A stretch of 55,507 bases of DNA, taken from the NCBI GenBank assembly GCA_965649115.1, contig CBFGJN010000003.1, forward strand, positions 1 through 55,507, read 5' to 3'. Below are positions 26,638 through 35,414 of the stretch, in pieces. The notes beneath the pieces were generated by a model. That model searched no databases. It was not told where the DNA came from and saw nothing but the letters and a program-made list of their open reading frames with translations. Origin of the DNA: a candidate division WOR-3 bacterium (GTDB taxonomy: Bacteria; Hydrothermota; Hydrothermia; LBFQ01; DSFT01). Made by a program: the position numbers and the translations under genes. Within the stretch, counting starts at the first letter, position 1, and every line of letters begins with the position of its first letter.

Positions 26638-27670
26638 TTATTCCCGCTCCTATTAAATAATCACCAATATAAATGGCACCAATTTGTCCTCTTGCTGGCG
26701 AAAATTGAGGCTTTTCAAATTCAACCTCTGCATAATTTCCATAAATTCTTATAAGAGCATTAGCAGGCTTATGAACATTTCTAATTTTTACTTGCGCTAT
26801 AAATTCATTTTCAACTTCAACAAATAAATTTAAATTTTCTAATTTTATAAAAGAACTATAAGCATCTTCTTCAAAACCAATAACTACAACATTTTCATTT
26901 GGAATAATATCAATTACATAAGCTCTTTTACCAAGAGCGATATTTAAACCTCTTCTTTGTCCAATTGTATATAAGGCATAACCCTTATGTTTTCCAATTA
27001 TATTTCCAAATTTATCTACAAAATAACCCTCCTTTGGTTGATAATTCCCTTTTTCAATTAGAAAGGAACGATAATCATCATCAACAAAACAAATATCCAT
27101 AGAATCAATTCTTGTAGCATTTATAAGTCCAAGTTCAAGGGCAATTTTCCTAACTTCATTTTTTGTAAAGTTTCCAATAGGCAAAATTAAATTATCAACC
27201 ATTTCTCTTGTTAAATAACTTAAAAAGTAAGATTGGTCTTTATTTTCATCTATTCCTTTCATTATTACTTTTTTACCTCTAAACTCACCTATTCTTGCAT
27301 AATGGCCTGTTGAAAATTTTGCATTTATACTTTTAGCATAATCAAATAAAACTTTCATTTTATAATCTCTATTACAGAATACACAAACATTTGGTGTCCT
27401 TCCTTTAAGATATTCATTTATAAACATTCTTACAATTCCATTTTTAAATTCTTTTGAATAATTTATCACTTTGAAAGGGATATTAAATTTTTTAGCAACT
27501 TTATAAGCAAGCCTTAATGCCTCAATTGAACAACATGCTCTTTTATTTTTACTTTCATCATAAAGAACAACATTAACTCCAATAACATCATATCCCATTT
27601 CTTTTAATAAATATATTGCAACCGAACTATCAACACCTCCTGAAATTCCAAGAACAACTTTATTATTCAT
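26630..27670 (-). CDS. mnmA: tRNA-specific 2-thiouridylase
   Basis: SGGVDS, TPNVCVFCN, TGHYAR, KDQSYFL, DICF, YTIGQRRG. Confidence 0.96.
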   Translation of the reverse strand: MNNKVVLGISGGVDSSVAIYLLKEMGYDVIGVNVVLYDESKNKRACCSIEALRLAYKVAKKFNIPFKVINYSKEFKNGIVRMFINEYLKGRTPNVCVFCNRDYKMKVLFDYAKSINAKFSTGHYARIGEFRGKKVIMKGIDENKDQSYFLSYLTREMVDNLILPIGNFTKNEVRKIALELGLINATRIDSMDICFVDDDYRSFLIEKGNYQPKEGYFVDKFGNIIGKHKGYALYTIGQRRGLNIALGKRAYVIDIIPNENVVVIGFEEDAYSSFIKLENLNLFVEVENEFIAQVKIRNVHKPANALIRIYGNYAEVEFEKPQFSPARGQIGAIYIGDYLIGAGIIA

Positions 27671-27681
27671 AATTTATTAAA

Positions 27682-27687
27682 ATTTTA
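27682..27687 (-). promoter_or_regulatory. -10-like box GCTT-TAAAAT
   Basis: 11 nt before mnmA ATG. Confidence 0.55.
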
Positions 27688-27692
27688 AAGCA

Positions 27693-27834
27693 TTTATTTT
27701 TCCTTATTTTGCCCGCCCACCCTGAAAATAGGGAGCTTTACCCCCCTATAATCCCCCATAAAATCAATAGTTTTATTGAAATTTTCGTAAGTCATTGATA
27801 ATCAAGCATTTAGCAATGATTACTGGACAAAGCA
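27693..27834 (+). mobile_element. MITE-like repeat, copy J (left TIR lost, internal deletion)
   Basis: GCCCGCCCACCCTGAAAATA..CCCCCCTATAATCCCCCATAAAATCAATA..TTGATAATCAA..ATTACTGGACAAAGCA; nearly identical to copy O. Confidence 0.8.
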
Positions 27835-27854
27835 CTTAAAAACCCCTTTTTATA

Positions 27855-27945
27855 GTAAAGCCTATGACTTTAAAATACCTATACTTTTGCCTCGTAGGGC
27901 TCTACCCCTATAACCGAAAAAAGACTCAATAAAATGGGCATTTAT
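27855..27945 (+). repeat. Degenerate MITE fragment
   Basis: TAAAGCCTATGACTTTAAAATACCTATACTTTTGCC..GTAGGGCTCTACCCCT. Confidence 0.55.
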
Positions 27946-27956
27946 ACAATGAACTT

Positions 27957-27962
27957 TAAAAT
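27957..27962 (+). promoter_or_regulatory. -10-like box ACTT-TAAAAT
   Basis: 7 nt before ATG 27970. Confidence 0.65.
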
Positions 27963-27969
27963 TTAAAAA

Positions 27970-30120
27970 ATGCTTTTAATACTAATTATTCAAATTTTCT
28001 ATGAAGATTTTGAAAATTCCTTATTTCCACCAACTGGATGGACAAATACAGGAACAAGAAGCACACTTTGGGTAAGAAGGACAAGTGGTGTAGCTTTTGG
28101 AACTGCTTCTGCTGGTGTCTCAGTTGCTCAAACTTCATCAGAAACTGGGACTGCAATCCTTCAAACACCAATTATAAACCTTCCATCAATAAACCCAAAT
28201 GATACGATAATTTTCTCATTTTATTATAAACTTCCATCTGTTGGAGGTGCTTTTGATACAAGATTTAGATCAACAGATACATTAAAAGTTCAAATATCAA
28301 ATGATGGCAATAATTGGACAAATTTAATTGTTTGGGATTCAACAAGTTTATATACAGGAGCAAATAATCAACCAAAAAAGGTTCAATTTAATATATCCTC
28401 CTATCAAAATACAAATATTTATATTAGATGGATTTTTATAGATAATACATCACTAACGGATGCTTCTAATTCATATTTCAATATAGATTCTATTTTTATC
28501 GTAATTAAGCAAGGTCTTCCACAATCTCCATATATTCCAATAGACAGCATTCAAAAAACTGTTTATCAAGGAACTGATAGTTCAATTTTTTCAGGACAAA
28601 GTATTAGAACAAGTGGAATAATTGTTGAAGTTGGTAAATATAATTCAAAGGGGTTTCATATCAAAATGAAAAATGGTGGTCCATATTCAGGAATATATAT
28701 TTATACGACGAATTTAGTAGGATTATCAAAAGGTGATTCAGTTATGGTAGAAGGAATTGTAAAAGAGTACTATAAATACACAGAAATTGTTCCCTCAAAT
28801 ATCCAAATTATTAGTCATAATAACTCATTTAAAATTGATACACTGACAACAGATTTAATAAGTTCATCAAATCCAGATAATGCAGAAAAGTACGAAGGTG
28901 TTTATATCTTCATAAAAAAGGCTATTGTGATAGATAATACAAATTCTTATAGATATGAAATTAAAAATGGAATTTTAAGTGCTTACTTGTCAAAATTTAA
29001 TGTTCCAAATTTAAATTTAAATGATATCATTTCAGTTTGGGGTGTCCTGGTTTATGAATATGGAGAATATAGAATTTATGCAGATAGCATTTACATTCAT
29101 CAATTTCCTTATAAAATTGATAAAATCATTTATGGTTATTACGATAGTCTAATTTTGAAATTCAAAAAAGTTTTTAGTCCAAATTCAAATTCCTATATTA
29201 AATTTTCTGTTTCCAATTTAATGAGGGATACAACAATTTTTGACACTGATAGTTTTAATTTTACTATTAAACTAAGTTCGCTTAACAGAGGTCTTTACAA
29301 TGCCAATATCCAAATGATTTATAATAATGATACTACAAATTTCTCATTTTTATTACCATATCCAAATGGTTTTAGTTGTTTATTGGTAAATGAATTTGAT
29401 GATTATCCAACCAAAGATGAATTTATTGAAATAAAGAACTATTGCCAATATCCAGTAAATATTGGAGGATTATATGTAAAAAGTTATTCGGGAACCAATA
29501 TCTATACAAGTTCCCCATTTGATAATATAACCTTAGAGCCAAATGGAATTTTCGTTTTCATATATGATACATTTCAAAATAATATATGTCAAAGATATAA
29601 CTTAAATAATTGTAAGGCTTTAAGTAAATGGACTTATATAAATTATCAACAGCCTATGGTTATATCAACACCAGAAGGTTTCGCAATTGACTCCATTTGG
29701 TACGATTCTTATTGGGGAGGAAGAGATCCATATACAACTATAAGGGTTAATCCAAACGAAAAAGGTTGGACGAGAAGTGCATGGGGACCCTCATCTATTC
29801 CAGGAGGAACACCAGGAAAAGATAACGATATTTACATAAGCGATGAACAAGATATTGAGGTAAATAAAAAAGATTTAGCAAAAGGAGATATTTTAAGTTT
29901 TGCTTTTAATTTAAAGGAAGAAACAAATAATGTTTATATTTATCTTTACGATGATGCAGGAAGGTACATAGATAGAATCTATTATGAAAAAAATTATATC
30001 ACAAGAAAAGGAATTGTGTTTTATAACACATCAAGGCTAAAACCAGGAATTTATATTGTTGCAATTACAGTTGATGGAAAAACAAGAAATAAAATTGTTT
30101 TTAGAATAAGACCAAAATGA
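27970..30120 (+). CDS. Secreted multidomain protein: MAM/adhesin-like N-terminus, OB folds, lamin-tail domain, T9SS-type CTD
   Basis: YEDFENSLFPPTGW; GQSIRTSGIIV and AEKYEGVYI OB-like units; LLVNEF..DEFIEIKN (LTD); IYLYDDAGR..LKPGIYIVAI. Confidence 0.7.
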   Translation: MLLILIIQIFYEDFENSLFPPTGWTNTGTRSTLWVRRTSGVAFGTASAGVSVAQTSSETGTAILQTPIINLPSINPNDTIIFSFYYKLPSVGGAFDTRFRSTDTLKVQISNDGNNWTNLIVWDSTSLYTGANNQPKKVQFNISSYQNTNIYIRWIFIDNTSLTDASNSYFNIDSIFIVIKQGLPQSPYIPIDSIQKTVYQGTDSSIFSGQSIRTSGIIVEVGKYNSKGFHIKMKNGGPYSGIYIYTTNLVGLSKGDSVMVEGIVKEYYKYTEIVPSNIQIISHNNSFKIDTLTTDLISSSNPDNAEKYEGVYIFIKKAIVIDNTNSYRYEIKNGILSAYLSKFNVPNLNLNDIISVWGVLVYEYGEYRIYADSIYIHQFPYKIDKIIYGYYDSLILKFKKVFSPNSNSYIKFSVSNLMRDTTIFDTDSFNFTIKLSSLNRGLYNANIQMIYNNDTTNFSFLLPYPNGFSCLLVNEFDDYPTKDEFIEIKNYCQYPVNIGGLYVKSYSGTNIYTSSPFDNITLEPNGIFVFIYDTFQNNICQRYNLNNCKALSKWTYINYQQPMVISTPEGFAIDSIWYDSYWGGRDPYTTIRVNPNEKGWTRSAWGPSSIPGGTPGKDNDIYISDEQDIEVNKKDLAKGDILSFAFNLKEETNNVYIYLYDDAGRYIDRIYYEKNYITRKGIVFYNTSRLKPGIYIVAITVDGKTRNKIVFRIRPK

Positions 30121-30614
30121 ATATTCTTTGGGCTCCTTGGAGATTTAAGTACGTAGCAAATGTTAATGATAAAAGTGAATGTCCATTTTGTGAAAAACCA
30201 AAAAAAGAGCCATCTCTTGAAAATTTAGTTTTATACAAATCAAAATTTTCATTTATTATACTAAACCTTTTCCCATATAACACTGGACACTTAATGGTTG
30301 CTCCTTATAAACATACATCAGAAATTTCTTCACTAACAGATGAAGAATGGTTAGATATAACTAAGCTTTTAAATTTATCAGTTGAAATTATAAAGGAAGT
30401 TTATAAACCCCAAGGATTTAACATAGGAATGAACATAGGTAGAATCGCTGGTGCAGGAATTGAAGAACATGTTCATATTCATATTGTTCCCAGATGGGCT
30501 GGTGATACAAATTTTATGCCTATTATTTCACAAACGAAAGTTATTCCAGAAAGTCTTGAAGATACATATAAAAAATTATCAGATTGTCTTAAAAAATATG
30601 AAAATCGTTTATAA
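30117..30614 (+). CDS. HIT family hydrolase (Ap4A phosphorylase-like)
   Basis: LWAPWR, CPFC, NLFPYNTGHLMV, HVHIHIVPRW. Confidence 0.92.
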   Translation: MNILWAPWRFKYVANVNDKSECPFCEKPKKEPSLENLVLYKSKFSFIILNLFPYNTGHLMVAPYKHTSEISSLTDEEWLDITKLLNLSVEIIKEVYKPQGFNIGMNIGRIAGAGIEEHVHIHIVPRWAGDTNFMPIISQTKVIPESLEDTYKKLSDCLKKYENRL

Positions 30615-30987
30615 AGCGGAAATATCTTCTGCTCACAGGATATTAAACCATAAAGGAAAGTGTAGAAATTTACATGGACATAATTACTTTATTATTGTTG
30701 AAATTGAAAGTGACGAACTTGATGAAAATGGTTTTATAATTGACTTTTTAGAAATAAAGAAAATAATTAATGAACTTGACCATAAAGTGATTTTACAAAA
30801 AAACGACCCCTTAATTGAAAAACTAAAAAGTGAAAGTTTGTTTATAATGGAGGAATCACCAAGTTGTGAAAATATAGCTAAAATTATTGCAATCAAAATA
30901 TCACAATTATTAAAAAACTACAAAAAAATTAAGGTAAGAGTTTGGGAAAGTAGAAGAAGTTATGCAGAATTTGAATTAAAAATTTAG
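30598..30987 (+). CDS. queD: 6-carboxytetrahydropterin synthase (PTPS/QueD)
   Basis: SSAHR..GKCRNLHGHNY, ELDH, PSCENIA, VWES; start moved to MKIVYK. Confidence 0.9.
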   Translation: MKIVYKAEISSAHRILNHKGKCRNLHGHNYFIIVEIESDELDENGFIIDFLEIKKIINELDHKVILQKNDPLIEKLKSESLFIMEESPSCENIAKIIAIKISQLLKNYKKIKVRVWESRRSYAEFELKI

Positions 30988-32768
30988 CTAATTGTTTGAA
31001 TTTCAACTAAATTTCTATAAACTTCACATCTATCAATAAGTTCTTCATGCTTTCCAATATCTAAAATTCTGCCATTTTTCATAACAATAATTTTATCAAC
31101 AAATAATATCGTGCTTATTCTATGGGCTATAATAATAGCAGTCTTATCAAACAAGAAATTTTCAATAGCATTTATAATTTTTTCTTCACTTTGAGCATCT
31201 AAATTACTTGTAGGTTCATCAAAAAAAATAATTTCAGGATTTTTTAAAATAGCTCTTGCTATTGTTAATCTTTGTTTTTGACCACCAGATAAATTCGCTC
31301 CACCCTCTGAAATTTTATAAAAATAACCATCTTCAAGACTTTCAATAAACTCACTTATATTTGCTAATTTACAGGCTTTTTTAACTTCTTCTAAACTTAT
31401 ATTTTTTGAAAATGTTAAGTTTTCATAAATAGTTCCTTCAAACAAAAATGGTTCTTGGGGAACAAAGCTAATTTTGCTTCTATAACTTTCAATATTATAA
31501 TCCCATAAATCAATTCCATCTATCAGAACCTTTCCCGAAGTTGGTTTTAATAAACCTGCTAAAATTTCAATTAATGTTGTTTTTCCTGCTCCTGAAAGTC
31601 CAACAATTCCAATTTTTTCCCCTTTTTTTATTGTAAAATTTATATTGTCTAAAATCATTTTATTACCATAATAAAACGAAACATTAACAACCTCAATTTT
31701 TTCCTTTAATTTTTCAAATATAATTTGACCACCTTTTGGTTCATCGGGTAAGCTCAAAAATTCCAAAATTCTATTATAAATTGAAACACCTCTTTGAATG
31801 TGGTTATTTGCCTTAAAAATTCGCTTAATTGGACTAATACTTGAAATAACTAAAAGTAAAAAAACAATAAATTGATCACTTGTTAGTTGAGATTTTAAAA
31901 AAACCAAATTTGAAACATAAATCAAAAATAAAATGATAGGGACAGAAACAATAAATTCTGAAAAATTTGAAGAAAAACTGCCAAGAGCTTCAAGTTTCAA
32001 AACTGCATTAAAGTAATTTTTTGAAAGTTTTTCAAATTTAGAAATTTCTTTACTTTTATTTGAAAAAATTTTTATAACCTTTATTCCTCTAACTACTGAA
32101 CCTATATAAGAACCTATTTGTGAAACATTCTGATTTAATTTATTCCACCTATAATTCATAGCTTTTGAAATTAAGAACAATAACAACCCCAAAGGAATTG
32201 CAATTAGAATGCCAAATAACAAAAGATTAAAGGCAATAATAACCAAAATTGAAATATAAATTACTAATTTTACAAACGAAAACAAAAATTCAAATACACC
32301 TTCGGTTAAAGAACCTTTTAATAATCTAATATCATTTGTAAATCTACTAATAATTTCACCTGAACTATGTGTATTTATCCAATATGTAGGAAGTAATAAA
32401 AGCTTTGAAAACATTTTATTTCTTATTTCCATCATCATTTTTTCTTCAACTATTGTTGTTATAACATCTTTTAAAAATAGAACTAAAAATTTTAAGAGAA
32501 ATATAAAGAAAGTAAGAATTGCTATTCTGATTATTGCTACATGTGGCTCAACATTAAAAAATAATTTAGCTATTAAATTATCTAAAAATTTTAAATTTTC
32601 AACATTAGAAAATAATCTAGGAGGTTCTTGACTATTTAAAATTACCCTTAAAGCAATCGGAAGTGAAGAAAAAGAAATGCTTTCAATTAATGAACCAAGC
32701 GAAACCAAAAAAATTAAAAAAATTACACTAATTTTTCTTGAAAGAACTAAACTCAAAAAGTTTTTCAT
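30984..32768 (-). CDS. MsbA-like ABC transporter (TMD plus NBD)
   Basis: GEIISRFTND, GLSGAGKTT, LSGGQKQRLTIARA, FDEPTSNLD. Confidence 0.92.
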   Translation of the reverse strand: MKNFLSLVLSRKISVIFLIFLVSLGSLIESISFSSLPIALRVILNSQEPPRLFSNVENLKFLDNLIAKLFFNVEPHVAIIRIAILTFFIFLLKFLVLFLKDVITTIVEEKMMMEIRNKMFSKLLLLPTYWINTHSSGEIISRFTNDIRLLKGSLTEGVFEFLFSFVKLVIYISILVIIAFNLLLFGILIAIPLGLLLFLISKAMNYRWNKLNQNVSQIGSYIGSVVRGIKVIKIFSNKSKEISKFEKLSKNYFNAVLKLEALGSFSSNFSEFIVSVPIILFLIYVSNLVFLKSQLTSDQFIVFLLLVISSISPIKRIFKANNHIQRGVSIYNRILEFLSLPDEPKGGQIIFEKLKEKIEVVNVSFYYGNKMILDNINFTIKKGEKIGIVGLSGAGKTTLIEILAGLLKPTSGKVLIDGIDLWDYNIESYRSKISFVPQEPFLFEGTIYENLTFSKNISLEEVKKACKLANISEFIESLEDGYFYKISEGGANLSGGQKQRLTIARAILKNPEIIFFDEPTSNLDAQSEEKIINAIENFLFDKTAIIIAHRISTILFVDKIIVMKNGRILDIGKHEELIDRCEVYRNLVEIQTIS

Positions 32769-32780
32769 TTTTGTTATGAA

Positions 32781-32786
32781 ATTTTA
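32781..32786 (-). promoter_or_regulatory. -10-like box CCTT-TAAAAT
   Basis: 12 nt before ATG 32768; 22 nt from MITE K. Confidence 0.6.
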
Positions 32787-32808
32787 AAGGATTTAATTAA
32801 ATGAATTC

Positions 32809-33013
32809 TGCTGTGTCCAATAATTCTGAAAGTATTTATTTTATTATGTTTTCCCCACCCACCCTGAAATAAAGGCTACGCCTTTAAAATACCCATATTT
32901 CGGCTTTGGGGGGCCTCGCCCCCCTTAAAAACCCCCTTTAAATCAATAATTCTCTTAAAATTTTTGTAAGTTGTTGATAATCAATAACTTAACACTATTT
33001 ATTGGACAAAGCA
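32809..33013 (+). mobile_element. Full-length MITE-like element, copy K (205 bp)
   Basis: TIRs TGCTGTGTCCAATAA / TTATTGGACAAAGCA; hairpins 32871-32885 and 32908-32924; dyad 32968-32990. Confidence 0.92.
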
Positions 33014-33040
33014 AATTTTTAATAACTCTCTGTATTCAAG

Positions 33041-33895
33041 CTAAATTCTATAAAACGCATTGGTTATAGGCTCATCTGTAAATAATAATTTATATCTTAT
33101 CCCACTTTTTAAAAAATTTTCTCTTATTTCATTAAGCCATTTATTTAATGCTTTTTTATAGTCCTCTAAATAATATAGTGTATTTAATGAAATTGATTTA
33201 TTTGTTTCGGGGTCAAAGAATCTAAAAGAACCTTTATCTTCAATTTCTCTTTCTTGGGGTGATAAAATTTGATAAACGATAATTTCAAATCCCAAGTTAT
33301 TTAGTGCTTTTAGAACTTTAATTGTAGAATTTTTATCAGCTATTAAGTCAGAAATTAGAATAATCATTCCTCTTCTTTTCAATTTATTTGCAGATAAAAG
33401 TAATGGATTTTCAATATAAGTTCTACCTGATGGTTTTAAATTACTTAAAATTTTTAAAACTTTATACAACTGATTTTTCGTAGAAGATGGATTTAAAACA
33501 TGTTCAATTTTATCTGAAAATGTGATAAGTCCAAAAGCATCTCTTTGTAAATAAAGAATATAGCTTAATATAGCACATAAATTTTGGGCATAAGTGAATT
33601 TATTTGGCTTACCGTAATCCATAGATTTTGAAATATCTAAAATTAAATAAGCTCTTAAATTTGTTTCTTCGTAAAACTTCTTTATAAATAATTTTTCTTT
33701 TCTTGCAAATACCTTCCAATCAATAAATTTCAAGTCATCACCTTTGGTATATTCCCGGTGTTCTGCAAATTCAACGGAAAATCCTTCAAAAATACTTCTA
33801 TGTTTTCCTGAAATATAACCTTCAACAATTTTTTTAACCCTTATATATAAATTTTCAATTTTAAGAATTTCATCTAAGGTCATTTTATTTTCCAA
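33041..33895 (-). CDS. DUF58 family (vWA-associated) protein
   Basis: GKHRS..GFSVEFAEHREYTKGDDLKFIDWKVFAR, LDISKSM, IILISDL. Confidence 0.92.
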   Translation of the reverse strand: MENKMTLDEILKIENLYIRVKKIVEGYISGKHRSIFEGFSVEFAEHREYTKGDDLKFIDWKVFARKEKLFIKKFYEETNLRAYLILDISKSMDYGKPNKFTYAQNLCAILSYILYLQRDAFGLITFSDKIEHVLNPSSTKNQLYKVLKILSNLKPSGRTYIENPLLLSANKLKRRGMIILISDLIADKNSTIKVLKALNNLGFEIIVYQILSPQEREIEDKGSFRFFDPETNKSISLNTLYYLEDYKKALNKWLNEIRENFLKSGIRYKLLFTDEPITNAFYRI

Positions 33896-35406
33896 ATTGT
33901 GCTTGGTAATTTTTCAAATCCCATCTCATTTAGTGTTTTTTGCAATTCATAATCCTTTGGTACATTTTCAATAATTGTCCCAAAAGTAGGTTCTTTATAA
34001 AAATCACCTCCTTTATCATCAAGTCTGAAAATTTCTCCTGTTCCAGGGTCTTTAACATAAATTTTTTCACCAAGTAAGTTTGACCAAGCGGTATTTAATT
34101 GTGAAACGAATTCATCATTTTCACTTAATGTTCTTTGCCAGTTTTCTGAAATTTCTCTATTTTCTCTTAAATAATTTCTAAACATTTCTGCCTCTTTTCG
34201 TTTTTCCTCAATAATAGCTTTTGTAATTTCATTAATTCTTCTATTCTCTTCACTAAATCTTTTATTTATTTCAGAAATCCACTGCGGATTAAAATAAACA
34301 CTATTTAAAATTGAAATTAGCAAATGACCATCATTTATTTTATTTGAAGGAATGTTAAAAGTTATTAGAGTTAAGTTTCCGCTTGAATAAGCACTATAAA
34401 TATCTTGATAAAATGTTCCAAAACAATATACAATTCCATATCTTGATGTATCATTCTTTATAGCTTTTATAAATAAACTATTTGCATTAACATTAGGTGG
34501 AACATTACTTGGTTTCTCATTATCCTTTACATATTCTAATTTCCATCCATTCCAAAAATAATTTAAAACTGCATTAACACAATCATTTCTATCATAAAGT
34601 CTTACAAAACCATAAACCATATTTGAATTTCCATTTATTTTTATAATACTTTGTGCATTGTTCATAACACCACTTGCCTCAATACTTAAAATATCCATTC
34701 TTAAAAATGTTCCATAAGGAGAAGTTAAATTATAATAAACTGCCCAGAATGCTGTTCCACCTTTAATAGCACTGCCAATTATTTTCCAATTTTCAGGAAC
34801 AGCTATGTACATAGCAGGAATTCCCGAGGGGTCATTTATACTTTCATAACTATAAACAATTCTCTCTGAAACTGGAATAATTCTAAAACTTTTTGCAATT
34901 TCTTCAAGTTCATTTAATTTTTGGGAATTTGAATTTTTTGGGAAAATTATCATTGAAACTTTTGATAAATTATTTTCAGAAGTTATTGTTATAATTGATT
35001 TATAAACTCCTCTTTTTTCTTCAAGCAAAAGCTCATAAGGAAAGTTCATTTCTAAAATGATTATTCTTGTATTTTTTTCATCTTTGTAAATTGGTTCTGA
35101 AACTACATATTTTGATATTGTTGATAAAACTTTTTTTGTAGAACCATCTTTATCATCTTTCATAAATCCACAAATAAAATAATAGTTTTTTGAGTTATCG
35201 TAAATCCTAAAAATTCCATTACTAACTTTATATGAATAATTTTTAACTGCTTTAACCATAAATCCATTTATTCTATCTACAAATATCCCTTTGCCTTCAT
35301 ATAGAGAATCTAACGGATAATTTGCTTCTCTTGGTATTTGGAATTTTGAAGATTGGGCATTTGTGCTTTGACAAGCGAAAATAAATAAAAAAATTAACCT
35401 TTTCAT
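33880..35406 (-). CDS. Hypothetical lipoprotein
   Basis: Lipobox FIFAC at residue 12; long C-terminal coiled coil followed by VKDPGTGE. Confidence 0.6.
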   Translation of the reverse strand: MKRLIFLFIFACQSTNAQSSKFQIPREANYPLDSLYEGKGIFVDRINGFMVKAVKNYSYKVSNGIFRIYDNSKNYYFICGFMKDDKDGSTKKVLSTISKYVVSEPIYKDEKNTRIIILEMNFPYELLLEEKRGVYKSIITITSENNLSKVSMIIFPKNSNSQKLNELEEIAKSFRIIPVSERIVYSYESINDPSGIPAMYIAVPENWKIIGSAIKGGTAFWAVYYNLTSPYGTFLRMDILSIEASGVMNNAQSIIKINGNSNMVYGFVRLYDRNDCVNAVLNYFWNGWKLEYVKDNEKPSNVPPNVNANSLFIKAIKNDTSRYGIVYCFGTFYQDIYSAYSSGNLTLITFNIPSNKINDGHLLISILNSVYFNPQWISEINKRFSEENRRINEITKAIIEEKRKEAEMFRNYLRENREISENWQRTLSENDEFVSQLNTAWSNLLGEKIYVKDPGTGEIFRLDDKGGDFYKEPTFGTIIENVPKDYELQKTLNEMGFEKLPSTIWKIK

Positions 35407-35414
35407 CGTTGTTT

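Noticed and set aside
32800-33022. Target-site duplication around copy K
   Set aside because: The flanks AATGAATTC and AATTTTTAA do not match. The insertion is older or recombined, so it was not counted.
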